In this document: positions 60,244 to 64,000 of the stretch, one piece after another | How the letters are laid out: each line of letters begins with the position of its first letter | Position numbering within the stretch: the stretch's first letter is position 1 | Assembly (NCBI GenBank): GCA_016218365.1 | Contig: JACREF010000024.1 | Span: 31,712 to 95,711 of the forward strand | From: Gammaproteobacteria bacterium | GTDB lineage: Bacteria > Pseudomonadota > Gammaproteobacteria > SZUA-140 | DNA length: 64,000 bases | Direction of reading: 5' to 3' | Made by a program: the position numbers and the translations under genes | The notes under the pieces: generated by a model | The model's database searches: none | What the model was told of the DNA's origin: nothing | Seen by the model: only the letters and a program-made list of their open reading frames with translations

Positions 60244-60332
60244 ATGGCGGTCCGACCTCCCTCCTCCAGGGGCCGCCTAAGCACCTTATCCCGGCGCTGC
60301 CTCCCTTCCTCTTCGGCGCGCCGGTTTTTTTT
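60244..60332 (+). ncRNA. Candidate CRP/Vfr-dependent small RNA of about 90 nt. It has CU-rich, anti-SD-like tracts and an intrinsic terminator.
   Basis: The promoter geometry is given above. The transcript would contain CCUCCCUCCUCC and CUCCCUUCCUCUUC tracts, and would end in a GC stem followed by U8. No plausible ORF or RBS is present. It lies between the convergent purB and mutL genes. Confidence 0.25.
60291..60332 (+). terminator. Rho-independent terminator on the + strand: GC stem ccggcgc...gcgccgg (or tight cggcgcgccg palindrome) followed by T8
   Basis: A perfect 7-nt inverted repeat plus TTTTTTTT (60325..60332) is seen directly. It is orientation-specific for + strand transcripts and lies about 260 nt after the purB stop. 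Confidence 0.5.
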
Positions 60333-60338
60333 GCCTAG

Positions 60339-62213
60339 TCACCGGCCGCGCAGGAACAGGCGGTCCAGCTCCGCCAGTGACAGCTGAACCCAGGTGGGCC
60401 GGCCATGATTGCACTGGCCACTGCGCTCGGTGCGCTCCATATCACGCAGCAAGCCGTTCATCTCCGCCAGTGTCAGCCGCCGCTGGGCGCGTACTGAACC
60501 ATGACAGGCCATCGACGCCAGCACCTCGTTCAGACCCTCCCGGACCCGCTGACTGCGTCCCTGCTCACGCAGGTCAGCCAGTACATCCCGCAACAACTGC
60601 TCGACATCACCGCCCGCCAGCAGGGCAGGCACCTCGCGGATCACCAGTATCGTCGGCCCCAGTCGCTGCAGCTGCAGGCCGATCTCGGCAAAGAACGCCT
60701 GCTGCTGTTCGGCCAGCTCGGCCTCAGCCTCGGACACCACCACGGACTGCGGGACCAGCAACGGCTGGGTCGTCACCGCACCCCGTTCATGATGACTGGC
60801 CTTCAAACGCTCATAGATAATGCGCTCATGGGCCGCATGCATATCGACCAGGATCAGGCCCTGGGCGTTCTCGGCCAGGATGTAGATGCCATGCAGCTGG
60901 GCCAGCGCATAGCCCAGCGGTGGACAGGCCGCGTCATCGGCCTCAGGCTGCGCGGGCGTGTCGGCAGTGCCCGCCATCGCCGCAGCTCGCCACCCCGGGC
61001 GATAAGCGATCGGCGCAGATTCGCGTACGGCATGAACCACAGCACTGTGCGCACCAGGGGCCGTTGTCAGCTGCAGGCCTGTTTGCATAACCCATCCTTG
61101 ACCATCGGTGACCGACTCCGACGCTGATGCAGCGGGCACGGTGGCAACACTGGCCGGCCTGGGCCCGGCCAGTGCACGGTGCAATGCGCGAAACAGAAAA
61201 TCGTGGACCTGGCGCTGCTCGCGGAACCGCACCTCATGCTTGGTCGGGTGGACGTTGACATCAACCAGTTCGGCCGGCAATTCCAGAAACAGCACATAGG
61301 CCGGGTGACGACCGTGATACAACACATCCTGATAGGCCTGGCGTACCGCATGCCCGACCAGCTTGTCACGGATGATGCGGCCATTGACGTAGAAATACTG
61401 CAGATCGGGCTGGCTGCGCGAGAAGGTCGGCGCACCGACCCAGCCGCTCAGCCGCAGGCCAACGGCCTCGGCCGCGATCGTCACCGATTGCTGGATAAAG
61501 GACTGACCGCACAGCATCTCGACCCGCGCGGCCCCGTCACCGCCGGCAGGCAGCGCCTGGGTCACACGGCCATCATGGCGTAGCGTGAAACCGACATCAA
61601 AACGCGACAGCGCAATCCGCTTGACCAGCTCCTCAATGTGTCCGAACTCGGTCTTGTCAGCGCGCAGGAACTTGCGCCGCGCCGGGGTATTGAAAAACAG
61701 ATCCCGCACCTCGACCGTGGTGCCCGGCGGATGGGCCACCGGCGAGGCGTCCACCAGCGTATCGCTGCCATCGCCGCTGACCTGCCAACCCATGTCATGG
61801 GCGGCAACCCGGGACCGCACTGTCAACCGCGACACCGAGGCGATGCTCGGCAAGGCCTCGCCACGAAACCCCAGCGAGCAGATGTGTGTCAGGTCATCGA
61901 GTGTGCTGATCTTGCTGGTGGCATGCCGGCACAGCGCCAGCGCCAGATCCTGCTGGCCAATGCCGCAACCGTTATCGCGGATACGGATCAGCTTGCTGCC
62001 GCCCTGTTCGATATCGATGTCGATGCGGGTCGCACCGGCATCGAGCGCATTCTCCACCAGCTCCTTGACGACCGACGCCGGCCGGTCGACGACCTCGCCA
62101 GCCGCGATCTGGTTGGCCAGCTGCGCCGGCAGCCTGTGGATACGCCGCGGACCTGCAACCGCTGATGACTGTGGGTCGATAACCGGGGGGTCTGTGCTCA
62201 TGCCCTGCTCCAA
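60339..62213 (-). CDS. mutL: DNA mismatch repair protein MutL
   Basis: [41 protein letters not shown] is the GHKL ATPase signature. The C-terminal dimerisation domain is present. Confidence 0.95.
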   Translation of the reverse strand: MEQGMSTDPPVIDPQSSAVAGPRRIHRLPAQLANQIAAGEVVDRPASVVKELVENALDAGATRIDIDIEQGGSKLIRIRDNGCGIGQQDLALALCRHATSKISTLDDLTHICSLGFRGEALPSIASVSRLTVRSRVAAHDMGWQVSGDGSDTLVDASPVAHPPGTTVEVRDLFFNTPARRKFLRADKTEFGHIEELVKRIALSRFDVGFTLRHDGRVTQALPAGGDGAARVEMLCGQSFIQQSVTIAAEAVGLRLSGWVGAPTFSRSQPDLQYFYVNGRIIRDKLVGHAVRQAYQDVLYHGRHPAYVLFLELPAELVDVNVHPTKHEVRFREQRQVHDFLFRALHRALAGPRPASVATVPAASASESVTDGQGWVMQTGLQLTTAPGAHSAVVHAVRESAPIAYRPGWRAAAMAGTADTPAQPEADDAACPPLGYALAQLHGIYILAENAQGLILVDMHAAHERIIYERLKASHHERGAVTTQPLLVPQSVVVSEAEAELAEQQQAFFAEIGLQLQRLGPTILVIREVPALLAGGDVEQLLRDVLADLREQGRSQRVREGLNEVLASMACHGSVRAQRRLTLAEMNGLLRDMERTERSGQCNHGRPTWVQLSLAELDRLFLRGR

Positions 62214-62263
62214 AACATCGGCACAGTATAAACAAAGAGCGCGGCGGATGCCCGCCGGCGCGA

Positions 62264-63601
62264 TCAGCCCTCGCGTGCGGCCGGGATGCGCAGCACCCGC
62301 CCGACCGGCAGGGTTTCATCCTTCAGGCCATTCAACTGCTTGATATCCTCGACGCTGACCTGATATTGCGTGGCCAGGTCGCTGAGGCGGTCACCGCGCA
62401 GGATGGTATGGCGGCGGGTGGCGAACAACGAATCAGGCGGGGCATTCTTGACGAAATAATTGCGGATACCGCCCAGCATCGCCTCGGCCATCGCCCGCTG
62501 GGTACTGACATCACGCAGCTTGCGCTCCTCGGCCGGATTGGAGATGAAGGCGGTCTCGATCAGCATCGATGGCATGTCCGGTGACTTCAGCACGACAAAG
62601 CCGGCCTGCTGCACCCGTCCCTTGTGCAGCTCACCGACCGAGCCGAGATTGCGCAGCACATCATCTGCCGCCTCGAGGCTGGACTCCAGTGTCGCGGTCT
62701 GTGACAGATCAAGCAACACTGACCGCAATACATCATCCTTGTCATCCAGACTGACACCACCGATCAGATCCGAGGCGTTTTCCTTCTCGGCCAGCCAGCG
62801 AGCCGCCTCGTCGGTCGCACCATGGCTCGACAATACAAACACCGAGGTACCTTTGACCCGCTTGTCGCGGAACGAATCGGCATGGATCGACACGAACAGA
62901 TCGGCCTTGTTATCCCGGGCGATCTGCGTGCGTTTGCGTAGACTGAGAAAATAATCACCGCTGCGGGTCAATACTGCCTTCATGCCGCGCTCACGATCGA
63001 TCAGCGTCGCCAGATGACGGGCGATCGCCAGCACCACATCCTTCTCGCGGGTGCCGCGGTAGCCCAGCGCCCCGGGGTCTTCACCACCATGCCCGGCATC
63101 GATGGCAATGACCAGGTCACGCATGCCACTGGGTTTGGCGATGACCAGAGGTGGCGCGGCCTCGGCGGCAACGGCCGGGCCAGCCGGGGACGGGGTCTTG
63201 GTAAACAGGTCTATGACCAGGCGGTGGCCATATTGGCGATAGGGCTTCAGCAGGAAATCCTTGTACTGGGCCTCTCCCTGCAGGTCCATGACAATGCGCA
63301 AGGTGCCGTCCTGGACGCCACTGCGGATACCCTTCAGCAAGCGATCCTCGGCCGTCACCTCCAGGCGTGAGGCCTTGTCGAGTCTGGCGCCCTTGATGTC
63401 GACGACCAGCCGTTCCGGGTTGTCGATGGTAAAGACGCGATAACGGGCCTCAGCGCTCAGATCCAGCACCACGCGGGTATTGTCCGGGGCAGGCCAGGTG
63501 CGCAGCCCCAGCACCTGGACCGGCGCAGCGCTGACCGGCACGGCGGTCAGCAGCAACAGCATGGCCAGCACAATCCGGGGCAATGGGCCTGGACCCGTCA
63601 T
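62264..63601 (-). CDS. amiB: N-acetylmuramoyl-L-alanine amidase (AMIN domain, Amidase_3, C-terminal LysM)
   Basis: A signal peptide is followed by the AMIN domain and the amidase_3 core ([16 protein letters not shown]...). The C-terminal LysM is [27 protein letters not shown]. It is positioned between tsaE and mutL as in E. coli amiB. Confidence 0.85.
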   Translation of the reverse strand: MTGPGPLPRIVLAMLLLLTAVPVSAAPVQVLGLRTWPAPDNTRVVLDLSAEARYRVFTIDNPERLVVDIKGARLDKASRLEVTAEDRLLKGIRSGVQDGTLRIVMDLQGEAQYKDFLLKPYRQYGHRLVIDLFTKTPSPAGPAVAAEAAPPLVIAKPSGMRDLVIAIDAGHGGEDPGALGYRGTREKDVVLAIARHLATLIDRERGMKAVLTRSGDYFLSLRKRTQIARDNKADLFVSIHADSFRDKRVKGTSVFVLSSHGATDEAARWLAEKENASDLIGGVSLDDKDDVLRSVLLDLSQTATLESSLEAADDVLRNLGSVGELHKGRVQQAGFVVLKSPDMPSMLIETAFISNPAEERKLRDVSTQRAMAEAMLGGIRNYFVKNAPPDSLFATRRHTILRGDRLSDLATQYQVSVEDIKQLNGLKDETLPVGRVLRIPAAREG

Positions 63602-63729
63602 AGATGTCCTTGCCGGGGTGCTAACCGGCAGCTGATGCGATTTTGATTGAGTGGATGATTCAACAATGTCTGCCAGTAATTATGCAAAAGATACACCAGT
63701 AGCAGATACCCGCTGCATCGGCGGCGAGT

Positions 63730-64000
63730 TCAGCCGTCGAGGCGATCGATGATCCGCTGGCCAAACCCGGAGCGGGCAACCAGCTCGACGTGACGGCGCT
63801 CGCCATCATGGCCGATCCGGATCACCAGATCCGGCGCCGGGATGACACCCGCACCGTGTTCCGGCCATTCGACCAGCAACAGGCTGTTGGCCGCCAGATC
63901 CCGGATACCAATGTACTCCAACTCCCCCGGGTCTGTAAGCCTATACAGATCAAAATGATGCACGGTGATACCTGCAATCTCATAGCTCTCGATCAGCGCA
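63730..64000 (-). CDS. tsaE: tRNA threonylcarbamoyladenosine biosynthesis protein TsaE (C-terminal part; N-terminus beyond window end)
   Basis: HFDLYRLTDPGELEYIGIRDLAANSLLLVEWPEHGAGVIPAPDL matches the YjeE/TsaE C-terminal region. Confidence 0.8.
   Translation of the reverse strand, partial: ALIESYEIAGITVHHFDLYRLTDPGELEYIGIRDLAANSLLLVEWPEHGAGVIPAPDLVIRIGHDGERRHVELVARSGFGQRIIDRLDG

Noticed and set aside
60102-60284. 60-aa - strand ORF in the purB|mutL spacer
   Set aside because: It has no RBS and a low-complexity Arg/Gly-rich product. It overlaps the predicted sRNA promoter elements on the other strand.

Overview
The window is a high-GC (about 62%) gammaproteobacterial chromosomal segment that is almost entirely housekeeping genes. 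It contains no CRISPR array, no rRNA or tRNA gene, and no obvious mobile element. Gene order matches Pseudomonas-like neighbourhoods in several places (leuC-leuD-leuB-asd-fimV; folD-cysS..ppi-lpxH; suhB/trmJ-cysE-iscR-iscSUA-hscBA-fdx-iscX; lptFG/pepA-holC-valS; mnmA-hflD-purB; tsaE-amiB-mutL).

Recognisable content from 5' to 3':
- Glycogen metabolism: a partial GH57 glycoside hydrolase, glgC and glgB.
- An orphan EcfT/CbiQ-like membrane protein.
- fimV, then asd, leuB, leuD and leuC.
- folD, cysS, an Aer-type PAS-MCP aerotaxis receptor, cyclophilin ppiA and lpxH.
- hemH, a small DksA/TraR zinc-finger protein, a TPR protein and a cold-shock protein.
- The heat-shock pair htpG-hslR with a textbook sigma-32 promoter; hslR carries an apparent frameshift.
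- pgm and ppsA.
- A complete ISC operon (iscX-fdx-hscA-hscB-iscA-iscU-iscS-iscR) with an extra NifS-like cysteine desulfurase inserted between iscS and iscR.
- cysE, trmJ, suhB, a rhodanese and mutS.
- The 7Fe ferredoxin fdxA, followed by an AddB/AddA-type helicase-nuclease pair, which is unusual for a gammaproteobacterium.
- A SirB2-like membrane protein and a 78-aa ORF with a strong RBS.
- lptG, lptF, pepA, holC and valS.
- rluE overlapping a NUDIX hydrolase, then mnmA, hflD and purB.
- mutL, amiB and a partial tsaE.

Many true start codons lie inside the maximal ORFs of the six-frame track. The many long antisense ORFs are GC-content artefacts.

The most interesting unexplained signals are non-coding:
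- A 270-bp convergent purB|mutL spacer has a perfect CRP-type box (TGTGA-N6-TCACA) at class-II distance from a GATAAT -10. It also has CU-rich (anti-SD-like) tracts and a GC hairpin followed by T8. This makes it a candidate CRP/Vfr-dependent small RNA of about 90 nt.
- A 436-bp highly structured spacer lies downstream of valS.
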